A stretch of DNA of 63,953 nt, counting the filler, from Acidimicrobiia bacterium (lineage in GTDB: Bacteria > Actinomycetota > Acidimicrobiia > Spongiisociales > CAZKJJ01), in NCBI GenBank assembly GCA_046759765.1. It is 8 parts of 8 records of this genome, joined end to end, with 100 filler letters (N's around TTAATTAATTAA, not from the genome) between each part and the next. Parts side by side here need not be neighbours in the genome. Positions count along the whole stretch, not along the records: positions 8,694 to 17,200 come from JBHICV010000110.1; positions 17,301 to 25,736 come from JBHICV010000111.1; 6 more parts are not named here. One strand, given 5' to 3'. The position numbers were made by a program, and so were the translations under genes. Below, one piece after another: positions 8,694 to 19,179 of this stretch (positions are counted from its first letter, which is position 1; every line of letters begins with the position of its first letter). The notes below the pieces were generated by a model. That model saw only the letters and a program-made list of their open reading frames with translations. It made no database searches and was not told the DNA's origin.

Positions 8694-10332
8694 GGGCGCG
8701 ATCCCCCACCGGGCACGGGGCGGGCGCCGCCCGCCCCGCGACGAGATCGACGAAGCGAACGGAATGGGTACGACGGCGGCCAGACCGGCGAAGAGGATGT
8801 ACTCGATTTGGTCCGTGGCCAGGCTCGTCATGGTCGCAACTCCGACGGCGAACAGAAGGGCGATGCGACCGTCGAACAGGATTGAGGCCATCAGCCCGAT
8901 GGCGGCGGCAGGAATAAGGAATCCGACCGCTGGCTGCTCGAACTCGACCGCTAAGAAAGAAGCAGCTCGGGCGCCCAAAGCGGCCAGCACAATCAGCAAA
9001 CCGAAGAGAGCCACGCGGCGTTCCACCGACCACAGCCGGGGACGGAACCGAATCAGATAGAAGGACAGGAGTAGCACGGCGAGCGTCACGATCAGGGCCA
9101 GCGCGGCCGCGTTGGCGGCGCTGCCCGTCTCCAGCAGGCCCGACTCGTCGAGGGCCTGTAGCTGGATGGGCGAGATTATGTCGCCCTGCTCAACGATTTT
9201 CTGGTTCTGCTCGAAGGTGACTTCGACCGGATCCACCGCAGCTCGGGCGGCGTCACGGGCCGCCTGGGTCCTGGCTTCGTTGGGGAAGCTGTTGAGAACG
9301 ATATTGGTGGCCACGATGTCCGACACTGCTTCGCCCGCCTCGCGGTCGGCGGTGCCGTCGTCGAAGAACACCGTGCGGGGCGCGGCATAGAGCTCGGCGG
9401 CGAGAGCGTCGCTGTCCGCCGCGGTACGGATCTCCCTCGCCATCGTGTCTTCGGCCCGTCGCAGGGCTTCGATCTCGACTTGATCGAGGTACGGACTCTC
9501 GGCCAGCGCACGGCGGGCGACGTCGTCGCTGGCGAGTGCGACGAGCTTGGTGATCGTTGTTCCGCGCAGTCGCGGATGACTCTGCAGAAGCAGCGCCTCT
9601 TGGGTAGCGCGTGCTTCGGTTACGGGAGCGAAGCCGACGTCGAGAGCCTGAAGGGATGACCCGGCGCGGACCTCCAGCTCTGGAAAATCTCCCGTCGAAG
9701 GCGCCAACAGATCGGGGAATCCAGGAGCCGAGTAGTCGATGTGGATGAAGACCGTGCCGGCGGGCAGGTCGCCCACTCGGAACACACCGAGGGCGTCGGT
9801 GGTGGCGCTGCGGACCGATCCGTCCGCGGCCACGACCGTCACGTCGATGCCTTGGAGGGGACCGTCGCCCGCCTCAGGCGCGTAGTCACCGCTGGCGTCT
9901 GCGTCGACGAATACAAGGCCGGTGACCTCGCCGGGTTGCGGCAAGGTAGTGGTCGTCTCCTCTTGTGCCGGCGGCAGGGTGGGTGTGAGCTCCGGGGTGG
10001 GTAGCCCGGGCACCGGCGGAATGGCGGCCGTCGGCGGCTCCACGCCTGCTTCGACGTCCGCAAACAGAACCTGGACCTGCTGGCGGACCTCGTCTACCCG
10101 CGTCGGATCCCGTTCGTAAACGGTCTCGACCGCCGCCGCGGCCGCCTCCTGCCGCTCGGCTGTGGCGGCCTCGTCGGTGATGACGATTTCACGCGTGGCG
10201 AAGTAGGTCTTCGGGGGGAGGCTCGGCAGCCGGACGACCGATCAGGAGCGAGCCCCAGGCCAAGCCGATAGTGAGCAGAAGAATGAGAATCTTGGCCGGG
10301 CTGATCCGCCACGGAGTGAACTCCCTGGTCAC
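8694..10332 (-). CDS. 7TM-HD family phosphohydrolase (PgpH/YqfF-like), N-terminal part, with inserted SdrD B-like domain and a frameshift near 10215; HD domain beyond contig end
   Basis: Directly downstream of phoH (GTGA overlap); N-terminal TM, PKTYFATRE, NEARTQAARDAARAAVDPV and QKIVEQGDII extracellular motifs, then TM helices; GTG 10332 is out of frame with the main ORF. Confidence 0.75.
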
Positions 10333-11303
10333 GACTCGTTCTCCTGGTCGTAGCGCTCATACGCCTCGACGATCGCGGCAACGATCCGGTGCCTGACTAC
10401 GTCTTTGGGCGTCAACACCTCGAAAGCCACCCCGGGGATTCCCTCCAGCACATCAAAGACCTGTTGCAGACCCGAGCCCTTCGGGTATTGCAGATCCACC
10501 TGCGTCACGTCGCCGGTGATAACCATCTTGGAGTTGAAACCGAGCCGGGTGAGGAACATCTTCATTTGCTCGGGGGAGGTGTTCTGAGCCTCGTCGAGGA
10601 TGACGCAAGCGTCGTTGAGTGTTCGGCCTCGCATGTAGGCGAGCGGAGCGATCTCGATCGTGCCCCGTTCCATCAGGCGGGCCGTCTCCTCCGGGCCGAG
10701 CATCTCGAACAGAGCGTCATAGAGCGGCCGCAGGTAGGGGTCAATCTTCTGGGACAGGTCGCCGGGCAGGAAGCCGAGCCGCTCCCCTGCTTCGACGGCA
10801 GGTCGGGTGAGGAGAATGCGACTGACGGCTCCGCTCTTGAACAGCTCGATGGCGGCTGCCATGGCCAGGTAGGTCTTGCCGGTCCCGGCTGGACCGATGC
10901 CGAACACCAGGGTGTTCTCTCTGATGGCGTCGATGTATTGGCGCTGGCCCAGGGTTTTGGGCCGGACGATCTTGCCGCCACCGACAGCGATCCCCTCGGT
11001 GAACACGTTGGCAGGACTGGGGACGTCCTCCGCCACCATTTCGATGACGCGAGCGACCCGTTGGCCGTCGAGGCGTTGGCCCTCCTGAACGAGGATGAGC
11101 AGCTCGTCAAGCACGGTACGAACCTGCTCGGTCTCCTCCGAGGGGCCGGCGATGATGAACTCGTTGCCGCGGGCGACGATCTTCGTGTCGGCGAAAGCGC
11201 GTTCGATCGTTCGCAGGTGCGCGTCCCGTTCACCCAATAGCTCCAGCATCAGGTGGTTACTCGAAACGCGAAGCCGGACTTCAGCGGAAGAGGCTTGCAG
11301 CAA
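10329..11303 (-). CDS. phoH: PhoH family ATPase (PhoH-like/YbeZ)
   Basis: GPAGTGKT, RPAVEAGERLGFLPG, YMRGRTL and DEAQN motifs; likely start TTG 11303 after GAGGA. Confidence 0.95.
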   Translation of the reverse strand: MLQASSAEVRLRVSSNHLMLELLGERDAHLRTIERAFADTKIVARGNEFIIAGPSEETEQVRTVLDELLILVQEGQRLDGQRVARVIEMVAEDVPSPANVFTEGIAVGGGKIVRPKTLGQRQYIDAIRENTLVFGIGPAGTGKTYLAMAAAIELFKSGAVSRILLTRPAVEAGERLGFLPGDLSQKIDPYLRPLYDALFEMLGPEETARLMERGTIEIAPLAYMRGRTLNDACVILDEAQNTSPEQMKMFLTRLGFNSKMVITGDVTQVDLQYPKGSGLQQVFDVLEGIPGVAFEVLTPKDVVRHRIVAAIVEAYERYDQENES

Positions 11304-11340
11304 TGGATCCTCGGTGAGTGAGGAAGCGTGGAATGAAGGC

Positions 11341-11346
11341 ATTATA
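11341..11346 (-). promoter_or_regulatory. -10 hexamer TATAAT upstream of phoH
   Basis: Perfect TATAAT on the minus strand in an AT-rich intergenic patch; no well-spaced -35. Confidence 0.45.
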
Positions 11347-11408
11347 CCCGGGACCTGTTATGTAAATCGAGAGGGTTACCGGCGGTTTCCGGTTCGTTAA
11401 ACCGAGGC

Positions 11409-11876
11409 TTATTCGGCTTCTACCAGCAGATCCCTCAGTGTCTCCTCGTTGGCTCCCACCAAGCCTGCCAACAGGCGCAGGTCGCTGTGCCGGATGGTGA
11501 GGATGCGCCCGTTGAAGTCCTGGCGCAATACCTGGATGGAGCGGAGGAAGCGCTCGATGAGGGCAGCGGTTTCCTCGTCTGCGCTCTCCACTCGGTTGAG
11601 GTCGATGGTGATGCCGCCGCTCGGCCACGCCATCGGAGCGCTGGCAGGTTCCTGGCTGGGAGGTAGGAGCTGGTCGACGGGAACCCCGTAGAAGGAGGCC
11701 AGCCGCTGCATGCGCGGCAGCGAAAGACTGCGTTCTCCCCGTTCGTAGGCTCCGAGCACCGATGCTTTGAATTCCTGCTCAGAGCGCGCCTCGACGTCCT
11801 GAAGCGAGAGCCCCTTCTGCTTGCGGATGCCACGTAGTCGCTGCCCGACGGCTACGTTGTAGCTCTCCGCCGTCAT
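11409..11876 (-). CDS. bldD: BldD-family XRE transcriptional regulator
   Basis: RLRGIRKQKGLSL..VLGAYERGER..FYGVPV..LLP HTH; C-terminal IDL..RQDFNGRILTIRHSD collinear with Streptomyces BldD. Confidence 0.85.
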   Translation of the reverse strand: MTAESYNVAVGQRLRGIRKQKGLSLQDVEARSEQEFKASVLGAYERGERSLSLPRMQRLASFYGVPVDQLLPPSQEPASAPMAWPSGGITIDLNRVESADEETAALIERFLRSIQVLRQDFNGRILTIRHSDLRLLAGLVGANEETLRDLLVEAE

Positions 11877-12165
11877 GGGTCCCCCTCCAGGTGCCTACCG
11901 GCGAGTCGAGCGTAACACACCGGCTCGCGCCGAGCTGGCACCACTTTCCGTGACATTCGTGGCCACTGCGAGTCTAGGCCTGGAGGCCCCTCCCAACCAA
12001 TAGGACCGGCTTTTGTTTTTGCCGGACTCACTGTTTTTCCTGGTCTTTGCCGATATCAGGCCGGCTCACGTGGGTGCTGTACAGATGGCCAGAGCGACCG
12101 CCGGCCGCAACCCTGCGGTTTCAGCCGCGCTTGCGCGCACAGAGTGGTCGTGAGCGGGTGGTTGG

Positions 12166-13242
12166 CTAGGTCCGACGGAGCTTCCGCTTTGAACGCACGT
12201 CCTCGCCGCGCAGCTCCGCGTAGGTACGTAGCAACTCTTCCTCCTCCGACGTGAGAGAAGTCGGAATCGCAACGTTGACCCGCACCACCAGCTCGCCTCG
12301 CCCTCTCCGGTTGAGACGGGCCATGCCCTCTCCTGGCAGGCGGAATAGCGAGCCGGCCTGCGTCCCGGCCTTGATGCGTAGCTGTTCGGTGCCCCCGTCG
12401 AGAAGCGGTACGGGGATGGTCGTGCCGAGGGCGGCCTCGGCAATGCCGATCTCGACTTCGTGTAGCAGGTGGTCGCCGTCTCGAACGTACCGCTCGTCAG
12501 GAAGCACGTGGATCTCGACGAAGAGATCGCCTGCCGGTGCGCCTCGTGGCCCGGCTCCTCCCTCGCCCGTCAGTCGTAGGCGGTTGCCGTTTGCTACGCC
12601 GGCCGGTACCTCCACCTTGACGGTGCGCTCGCCTTGAGTTATCCAGCGGCCACGGCAGGTCGGGCAGGGATCGGAGATGATTTCCCCGGAGCCGCCGCAC
12701 TGGTCGCAGGTGGTGACGCTCATCACTTGGCCGAGGAAGCTCTGGCGAGCGACCCGGATGGTTCCTTGCCCGTCACAGCGGGGACAGCGAATGGGTTCTG
12801 ACCCGGCCGCTGCTCCGGAGCCGAGACAGGTCGCACAGGTGACCGCGGTGTCAAACGTCAGCGTGTGCTGCCCACCGAAGGCCGCATCGACCAGAGTGAT
12901 CTCCGTGCTGACTAGGACATCCCGGCCCCGGGGCCTCTGGGTCGTGGCGCCGCGGAATCCCACGTCACCGAAGACCATTCGCAGGAGGTCGTCCATAGAG
13001 CCGAAAGTCGAGAAGAGGTCGCCGACGTCGATGGTGTCGCCCCGGTCATACCTGGCCCTCCGCTCCGGATCCGAAAGAACCTCGTGCGCCTCGGCGATCT
13101 CCCGGAAGTGCGCTTCCGCATGAGGGTCGCCCGGATTGGCGTCTGGGTGGGTCGTCCGCGCCAGCCGTCGGAACGCCTTCTTGATCTGTTCGGTGGTGGC
13201 GTCTCGCGGGACACCGAGCACTTGGTAGTAGTCCGGGGGCAT
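12166..13242 (-). CDS. dnaJ: Molecular chaperone DnaJ
   Basis: J domain with HPD, four CxxCxGxG-type repeats, C-terminal domain. Confidence 0.97.
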   Translation of the reverse strand: MPPDYYQVLGVPRDATTEQIKKAFRRLARTTHPDANPGDPHAEAHFREIAEAHEVLSDPERRARYDRGDTIDVGDLFSTFGSMDDLLRMVFGDVGFRGATTQRPRGRDVLVSTEITLVDAAFGGQHTLTFDTAVTCATCLGSGAAAGSEPIRCPRCDGQGTIRVARQSFLGQVMSVTTCDQCGGSGEIISDPCPTCRGRWITQGERTVKVEVPAGVANGNRLRLTGEGGAGPRGAPAGDLFVEIHVLPDERYVRDGDHLLHEVEIGIAEAALGTTIPVPLLDGGTEQLRIKAGTQAGSLFRLPGEGMARLNRRGRGELVVRVNVAIPTSLTSEEEELLRTYAELRGEDVRSKRKLRRT

Positions 13243-13251
13243 TCGCTCAGT

Positions 13252-14259
13252 CTACGGCTGGGATCCCAGCTGCTCGGAGAGGCCGTCGGAGACCTCTTCG
13301 ACTATCGAGATGGCCCGGCGGTAGTCCATCCGCATCGGACCGATGACACCAACACGGCCGCTGATTCCCTCGGCGGCCTCGTAGTCCGTTGAGACCATGG
13401 CGACGTCGACCTCGGCGGGGAGGTCCATCTCGGCACCGATCCGAATGGACGTGCCGTCGGGCGACCCGGCGATGATCCCCAGCAGCTCGGCCTCTTGGGA
13501 CATCAGCTCGAGTATCTGTTGGACTTTGGCGAGGTCGTCCCACAGCGCCGCCATGCGGTTGGTACCGCCGAGGTAGAGCTCCTGGGTCGACTCCCCCTCG
13601 GGCTGCGTCGAGACGAAGATCGCCTCTAAGACCCCGGCAACCGAGGGCGATACATCGGTCAGGACCTCGTCGGCCATCACTTCCAGCTCCGCAACCAGCT
13701 GTCCCTTCAGGTGCTTGGCCAGAACCCTCTCCGCCAGATTGAGATCCTCCGGGGTAACAGGAGCGTCGAATCGGACCAGCTCCTGGCTGACCCGGCCGGC
13801 GTCAGAAACGATGATGATCAGCGCCGACTGCGAACCGAGCGGTACGAGGTGGACGCCTCGCAGCACCTCGCCTCGAAGGCCAGGCCCGACTACGAGGGCG
13901 GGATAGTTGCTCACGTCGGCCAGCATCTCGGAGGTCTGCTTGAGGAGCAGCGAGAGCTCGTGGTGAACGGTCCCGAAGAAGTCGTGGATGCGAGTGAGGC
14001 TCTCCGCGCGCAGTTTGCGGGGGCTCAGATGATCGACGTAGTAGCGGTAGGCGGCGGCGGTGGGAACGCGCCCCGCCGAAGTGTGGGGTTGCATGCAGAA
14101 CCCTTCGCCCTCGAGAGAGGCGATGTCGTTGCGGATCGTCGCTGACGAGACGCCAAGGCCGGTTCTGTCCAGCACCGCACGCGAAGAAACTGGCTCGCCG
14201 GTGCGGATGTAACAGTCGACGAGCGCCCGCAGAACTTGGGCTTTTCGCTCGTCCAGCAC
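13252..14259 (-). CDS. hrcA: Heat-inducible transcription repressor HrcA
   Basis: GEPVSS, SSATIRND, QPHTSAGRVPT and GPMRMDY motifs; TAATCT 6 nt before GTG 14259. Confidence 0.97.
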   Translation of the reverse strand: MLDERKAQVLRALVDCYIRTGEPVSSRAVLDRTGLGVSSATIRNDIASLEGEGFCMQPHTSAGRVPTAAAYRYYVDHLSPRKLRAESLTRIHDFFGTVHHELSLLLKQTSEMLADVSNYPALVVGPGLRGEVLRGVHLVPLGSQSALIIIVSDAGRVSQELVRFDAPVTPEDLNLAERVLAKHLKGQLVAELEVMADEVLTDVSPSVAGVLEAIFVSTQPEGESTQELYLGGTNRMAALWDDLAKVQQILELMSQEAELLGIIAGSPDGTSIRIGAEMDLPAEVDVAMVSTDYEAAEGISGRVGVIGPMRMDYRRAISIVEEVSDGLSEQLGSQP

Positions 14260-14268
14260 GACCACAGA

Positions 14269-14295
14269 TTAGCACTCCCCCCCTGAGAGTGCTAA
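14269..14295. promoter_or_regulatory. CIRCE operator (HrcA site)
   Basis: Perfect TTAGCACTC-N9-GAGTGCTAA directly upstream of hrcA, overlapping its putative -10. Confidence 0.97.
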
Positions 14296-14305
14296 GACCG
14301 GCTCG

Positions 14306-16117
14306 TCAGCTCGGCCTGCCATCGACCTGCAGGACCGAGATGAAGGCCTCCTGCGGGACCTCCACCTGGCCGATCATCTTTGCGCGCTTCTTGCCCTTCT
14401 TCTGCTGGTCCAACAGCTTGCGCTTGCGGGTCACGTCCCCGCCGTAGATGCCGGCGAGCACGTCTTTGCGGCGGGCCTTGATCGTCTCGCGGGCGATGAT
14501 CCGGTTGCCGATGGCAGCCTGGACGGGCACGTCGAAGAGCTGGCGGGGAATCAGCTCGCGTAGCCGCTCTGTCATCAATCGCCCGTAGGCGTAGGCCTTG
14601 TCTCGGTGGGTGATGGAGGAGAACGCGTCGACGGCCTGGCCGTTGAGAAGTATGTCGACCCGGACCAGGTCTGCCTCACGGTATCCGGCGGGGTCGTAGT
14701 CGAAGGAGGCGTAGCCCCGTGTCTTCGACTTGAGCGAATCGAAGAAGTCGAACACCACCTCGGCCAGCGGCAGCTCGTAGACCAGCTCCACTCTTTCCGG
14801 CGTCAGGTATTGCAGATGGACTTGGGTGCCTCGGCGGGCCTGCAGCAGTTCGATGATCGGACCGACGTACTCGGCCGGGGTGATGATCAATGCTCGGACA
14901 ATCGGCTCCTCGATTCTCGAGATCTGCCGCTCGGGCGGAAGATCGAGAGGTGAGCGGATGTCGACCTGCTCGCCTCCCTCGAGCATGACCCGGTAGGCGA
15001 CGGAGGGGGCGGTGGAGACCAGATCGAGGTCGTACTCGCGCATTAGCCGCTCCCGGACGATCTCCATGTGCAAGAGCCCGAGGAACCCACCGCGAAAGCC
15101 GAATCCGAGCGCTCGGGAGGTCTCCGGCTCGAAGGACAGCGCGGAGTCGTTGAGTCTCAGTTTCTCGAGTGCTTCCCGCAAACGGACGAAGTCGTCGCCG
15201 TCGGCCGGAAATAGCCCGGAGAACACCATCGGTTTCGGCTCGGAGTAGCCAGGTAGCGGCTGATCGGCCGGGGCGTGAACCGAGGTGAGGGTGTCCCCCA
15301 CCCGGATCCGGTCGATGTCCTTCACTCCGCCGATGACGTAACCGACTTCGCCCGGCCCCAGGCTGCCTACGGGGACTGCCTTAGGGCGGATGACGCCGAT
15401 CTCGTCGGCTGCTCGGCGCTCGCCGCTGGCCATGAAGAGGATCTCGTCGCCGGTGGTCAGCCTCCCGTCCACGAGGCGGACATAGGAGACGACACCTCGG
15501 TAGGTGTCGTAGTACGAGTCGAACACCAGAGCTTTGAGCGGCGACTCGTCATCGCCGTCGGGAGGTGGAACTCGGGCGACGATCTCCTCGAGGAGCTCGG
15601 CAACACCTTGACCGGTCTTGGCCGATATCCGCAGCACGCCCTCAGGTTCGACTCCCAGGAAGGCCCCCAGCTGGGCGGCGGTGGCATCAACGTCGGCGGC
15701 CGAGATGTCGATCTTGTTGACGACGGGAACGATTTCCAGGCCGGCCTCCAGAGCCAGGTAGGCGTTGGCGAGGGTCTGCGCCTCTACACCCTGGGCGGCA
15801 TCGACCAACAGCAGGGCCCCCTCGCAGGCAGCCAGCGAGCGGGACACCTCGTACGTGAAGTCGACGTGGCCGGGCGTGTCGATCAGATTCAGGACATGAT
15901 CAACGCCGTCGAGGGCTGTGTACTCGAGCCGGACCGCCTGCGCCTTGATCGTGATTCCGCGCTCTCGCTCGAGGTCCATGGCGTCGAGGACCTGATCTCG
16001 CATCTCCCGCTCCGGCAGAGCCCCGGTGGCTTCGAGGAGACGGTCGGCCAGCGTCGACTTGCCGTGGTCGATGTGGGCGATGATGCAGAAGTTACGGATG
16101 GTGTCAGTGGGGGTCAC
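14306..16117 (-). CDS. lepA: Elongation factor 4 (LepA)
   Basis: [35 protein letters not shown] and [12 protein letters not shown] motifs. Confidence 0.98.
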   Translation of the reverse strand: MTPTDTIRNFCIIAHIDHGKSTLADRLLEATGALPEREMRDQVLDAMDLERERGITIKAQAVRLEYTALDGVDHVLNLIDTPGHVDFTYEVSRSLAACEGALLLVDAAQGVEAQTLANAYLALEAGLEIVPVVNKIDISAADVDATAAQLGAFLGVEPEGVLRISAKTGQGVAELLEEIVARVPPPDGDDESPLKALVFDSYYDTYRGVVSYVRLVDGRLTTGDEILFMASGERRAADEIGVIRPKAVPVGSLGPGEVGYVIGGVKDIDRIRVGDTLTSVHAPADQPLPGYSEPKPMVFSGLFPADGDDFVRLREALEKLRLNDSALSFEPETSRALGFGFRGGFLGLLHMEIVRERLMREYDLDLVSTAPSVAYRVMLEGGEQVDIRSPLDLPPERQISRIEEPIVRALIITPAEYVGPIIELLQARRGTQVHLQYLTPERVELVYELPLAEVVFDFFDSLKSKTRGYASFDYDPAGYREADLVRVDILLNGQAVDAFSSITHRDKAYAYGRLMTERLRELIPRQLFDVPVQAAIGNRIIARETIKARRKDVLAGIYGGDVTRKRKLLDQQKKGKKRAKMIGQVEVPQEAFISVLQVDGRPS

Positions 16118-16207
16118 CTCAGCGCTCCGCGAGGCGGGAGAGCGCCATTGTATCGTTATCCGGCCCACTGCTACCCTGACGCCGCGCCACCCTCGTGGCG
16201 CTCCCTC

Positions 16208-16486
16208 ATGGCCAACATTCGATCTCAGATCAAGCGCAATCGACAGAACACCAAGCGGCGGCTACGGAACATGAGCATCCGGTCGGAGCTTAAGAGTCGC
16301 GCCCGCGCCGCCCTCGATGCTGCCGAGGCCGGTGACACCGCGACCGCCCTCGATGCGCTTCGGATGGCGCAGAAACGCATCGATATGGCAACTGCCAAGG
16401 GTGTGCTGCATCCGAAGACAGCGGGACGTCGCAAAGCGCGCTTGATGCGCCAGGTCAACGGCTTCCTGGAGGGCGGAGAGGCTTAG
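16208..16486 (+). CDS. rpsT: 30S ribosomal protein S20
   Basis: [13 protein letters not shown]...[16 protein letters not shown]; divergent from lepA. Confidence 0.97.
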   Translation: MANIRSQIKRNRQNTKRRLRNMSIRSELKSRARAALDAAEAGDTATALDALRMAQKRIDMATAKGVLHPKTAGRRKARLMRQVNGFLEGGEA

Positions 16487-17199
16487 CTTGCCCTCCGGGC
16501 CTTTCCCCCGTACCAGCGACATAGAGCAACGGTCAGCCGCTCCATCGTTACCCGGTGAACCTCCGGCGGTGCGGTTTTCAGCACCTCGTCTGCTCGGCGG
16601 AGCGCCTGCAGCGAGGCGGTTAGCTCCGAGTCCGAAACAGACGCGCGCCGGGACCACGCTTTCTTCACCGGATATTCGCTGGGTGACCGATCTATCCACG
16701 TGGCGAAAGTCTCGAGATCGGGAGCGGTGGCGGCCAAAGCCCTGTGTCGGAGCTCATTCTCCAAGAAACCGACGAGTTGGAGGGGGTGACCGTGGGTCCA
16801 GAAGTCGGACAGCCGGCGCAGCGCCTCGCCTGCTTTCCCGTCCGAGACCGCGTCGGCGTAGTGCCACATCGGCTCGTCCGGCCGGTTGCGGAAGCGGTCC
16901 AAAACGGTCTGCCGGGTGATCGGCCCGGAAGAAGCGGCCAGCTGATCGAGGGCCTGTGAGAGCCCGGCCACATCGGAGCCGAACCGCTCCAGCAGCGCAC
17001 CGGCGGCCCCATCCCCGAGTCTTAGCTCCCGTTGAGTCGTCTCCTCCGAGAGCCACTTAGCGGCGTCGCGCTCTCGGAACTTCTTGACCGTTTCGGTCTC
17101 GCCCAGCTCACGGACAGCTTTGGCCAAGGCGCCCGTTAGTGACCCGTTCGTCAAGATCACCACCGTGGCGCCCGCTTCGGTCGTCTCCAGCAGCTCTGC
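16483..17199 (-). CDS. holA: DNA polymerase III delta subunit, 5' truncated
   Basis: Convergent with rpsT (conserved synteny); LAQALDQL-like clamp-loader lid, YPVKKA, LRRADEVLK. Confidence 0.82.
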   Translation of the reverse strand, partial: AELLETTEAGATVVILTNGSLTGALAKAVRELGETETVKKFRERDAAKWLSEETTQRELRLGDGAAGALLERFGSDVAGLSQALDQLAASSGPITRQTVLDRFRNRPDEPMWHYADAVSDGKAGEALRRLSDFWTHGHPLQLVGFLENELRHRALAATAPDLETFATWIDRSPSEYPVKKAWSRRASVSDSELTASLQALRRADEVLKTAPPEVHRVTMERLTVALCRWYGGKARRAS

Positions 17200-17200
17200 C

Positions 17201-17300
17201 NNNNNNNNNNNNNNNNNNNNNNNNNNNNNNNNNNNNNNNNNNNNTTAATTAATTAANNNNNNNNNNNNNNNNNNNNNNNNNNNNNNNNNNNNNNNNNNNN
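17201..17300. other. Artificial contig linker
   Basis: N run + TTAATTAATTAA + N run. Confidence 0.99.
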
Positions 17301-17301
17301 A

Positions 17302-18606
17302 TCACTGAGCGGTCGCTTCGAAGGGATCTTCGACCGTCTGCGGGCGAAGGGGAGATTGCGCGAGGCCGACGTCGACGCCAGCCTGCGGGAGGTCAGGTTG
17401 GCGTTGCTCGAGGCCGACGTAAACGTCGGCGTCGTCAAGGATCTTCTGGGCCGAATCCGGGAGCGAGCCGTTGGGACCGAGATAACGAAGAGCCTCACGC
17501 CCGGCCAACAAGTCATCAAGATCGTCCACGATGAACTCGTACGCACCCTCGGAGGGGAAGCAACCCCTCTGGCACAGGCCCCTAAACCCCCGCTCGTGAT
17601 ACTGGTGGTCGGCCTCCAAGGGTCGGGCAAGACCACGACCGCCGCCAAGCTGGCCGTTCGTCTCAAGGCCAGAAAGCCCCTGCTCGTGGCCGCGGACCTG
17701 CAGAGACCCGCCGCCGTTGAGCAGCTCGCCCAGCTCGGCGAAGCCGGCGGCATCGATGTCTTCCAAGCCCGCGGCTCCAAACCCGTGAAGGTAGTGAGGG
17801 ACGCCGCCCGTTCGGCCGCACAGAGCGGTCATGGAGTGCTGATCGTCGACACGGCAGGACGCCTCCAGATCGACGATGAGCTCATGGGCGAGCTTTCGGT
17901 ACTTCAGAAGACCTCAGATCCCGATGAGGTTCTGCTGGTCGTCGACGCCATGACCGGCCAGGAGGCAGTGTCGGTTGCGCAGGGCTTCTCCGCAGCCGCA
18001 GAGGTGACCGGCTTCGTTCTGAGCAAGCTCGACGGCGATGCTCGAGGCGGTGCCGCCATCTCGGTTCGCGAAGTGACCGGAAAGCCGGTGAAGTTCGCCG
18101 GTATCGGCGAGAAGCTCACGGACTTAGAGGTCTTTCACCCCGACCGAATTGCATCTCGAATACTCGGCATGGGAGATGTGCTGAGTCTCATCGAGAGGGC
18201 GGAGGCGGCCTTCGACGAGGAGGAGGCCACCAAGGTCGCGGCCAAGATGCGTGATGCCAGCTTCACGTTGGAGGACTTCCTTGACCAGTTCTCCCAGGTG
18301 CGCAAGATGGGATCGATGGGGGAGCTGCTTGCTATGCTGCCCGGCGCCGCTCCTGTTATTCCGGAGGTCGATGACCACGACCTCCGGCGGGTGGAGGCGA
18401 TCATACGATCCATGACGCCCGCTGAGCGTAGGGACCCGAAGATCATCAACGGGAGCCGCCGACGACGCATCGCGGCGGGATCAGGCACGAGCGTCCAGGA
18501 CGTGAACAACCTGCTCAAACAGTTCACGCAGACGCAGAGGATGATGAAGAGCTTGGCGCAGGGCCGGGGCTTCCCGGATCTGGCCGGATTGATCGGAAGG
18601 AAGTGA
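17302..18606 (+). CDS. ffh: Signal recognition particle protein Ffh (first codons missing)
   Basis: [34 protein letters not shown] and SRILGMGD motifs, M domain. Confidence 0.98.
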   Translation, partial: SLSGRFEGIFDRLRAKGRLREADVDASLREVRLALLEADVNVGVVKDLLGRIRERAVGTEITKSLTPGQQVIKIVHDELVRTLGGEATPLAQAPKPPLVILVVGLQGSGKTTTAAKLAVRLKARKPLLVAADLQRPAAVEQLAQLGEAGGIDVFQARGSKPVKVVRDAARSAAQSGHGVLIVDTAGRLQIDDELMGELSVLQKTSDPDEVLLVVDAMTGQEAVSVAQGFSAAAEVTGFVLSKLDGDARGGAAISVREVTGKPVKFAGIGEKLTDLEVFHPDRIASRILGMGDVLSLIERAEAAFDEEEATKVAAKMRDASFTLEDFLDQFSQVRKMGSMGELLAMLPGAAPVIPEVDDHDLRRVEAIIRSMTPAERRDPKIINGSRRRRIAAGSGTSVQDVNNLLKQFTQTQRMMKSLAQGRGFPDLAGLIGRK

Positions 18607-18610
18607 CGAG

Positions 18611-18931
18611 ATGGCTCCCAAGATCCGCCTTATGCGAATGGGGAAGAAGAAGCAGCCGACCTACCGAGTGGTCGTTGCCGACTCCCGTTCTCCGCGCGAT
18701 GGCAGGATCGTCGAGAAGATAGGGCGCTATGACCCGCGCCAGGAGCCGTCGCTCGTCGAGATCGACAACGAGAGGGCTGTCTACTGGCTCGGTGTCGGCG
18801 CACAACCCACCGAACGGACGCGGAAGCTGCTGGAGATATCGGGCGCCTGGTCGAGGTTCCGTGCCTCCCGGGGCGACGTCCATACCGCGACCGGAGCGGA
18901 GCCACGCGAAGAGGAAGGTGACGAGGCGTGA
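18611..18931 (+). CDS. rpsP: 30S ribosomal protein S16
   Basis: [34 protein letters not shown]. Confidence 0.98.
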   Translation: MAPKIRLMRMGKKKQPTYRVVVADSRSPRDGRIVEKIGRYDPRQEPSLVEIDNERAVYWLGVGAQPTERTRKLLEISGAWSRFRASRGDVHTATGAEPREEEGDEA

Positions 18932-19179
18932 AGAAGGGCGACATCACGCAACGAGTGGTCGACTACTTGGTGCGCGAGATCGTCGACAATGCCGATGAGG
19001 TTTCGGTCACGATCATCGAAGAAGGCCCTAACGAGGTTCTCGCCGAGGTGAGAACCGCCAAGAGCGATCTCGGCCGGGTGATTGGTCGCCGGGGCCGCGT
19101 CGCTCGGGCTATCCGGGTAGTCGCCCAGGCGGCCGCAGATGAGGAAGGCCTCCAGTCATCGGTTGAGTTCGTCGACTGA
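18928..19179 (+). CDS. khpA: KH-domain RNA-binding protein KhpA
   Basis: [11 protein letters not shown] motif; position between rpsP and rimM. Confidence 0.92.
   Translation: MKKGDITQRVVDYLVREIVDNADEVSVTIIEEGPNEVLAEVRTAKSDLGRVIGRRGRVARAIRVVAQAAADEEGLQSSVEFVD

Noticed and set aside
11341..11368. TTATGTAAAT as the chromosomal dif XerD arm
   Set aside because: No XerC-like arm at the correct spacing; fits the phoH promoter region
11910..11956. BldD autoregulatory box upstream of bldD
   Set aside because: Best candidates match only about 6 of 9 consensus positions; not distinguishable from chance by eye
15275..16207. 403-aa + strand ORF
   Set aside because: Antisense shadow of lepA; only the last 92 codons (rpsT) are real
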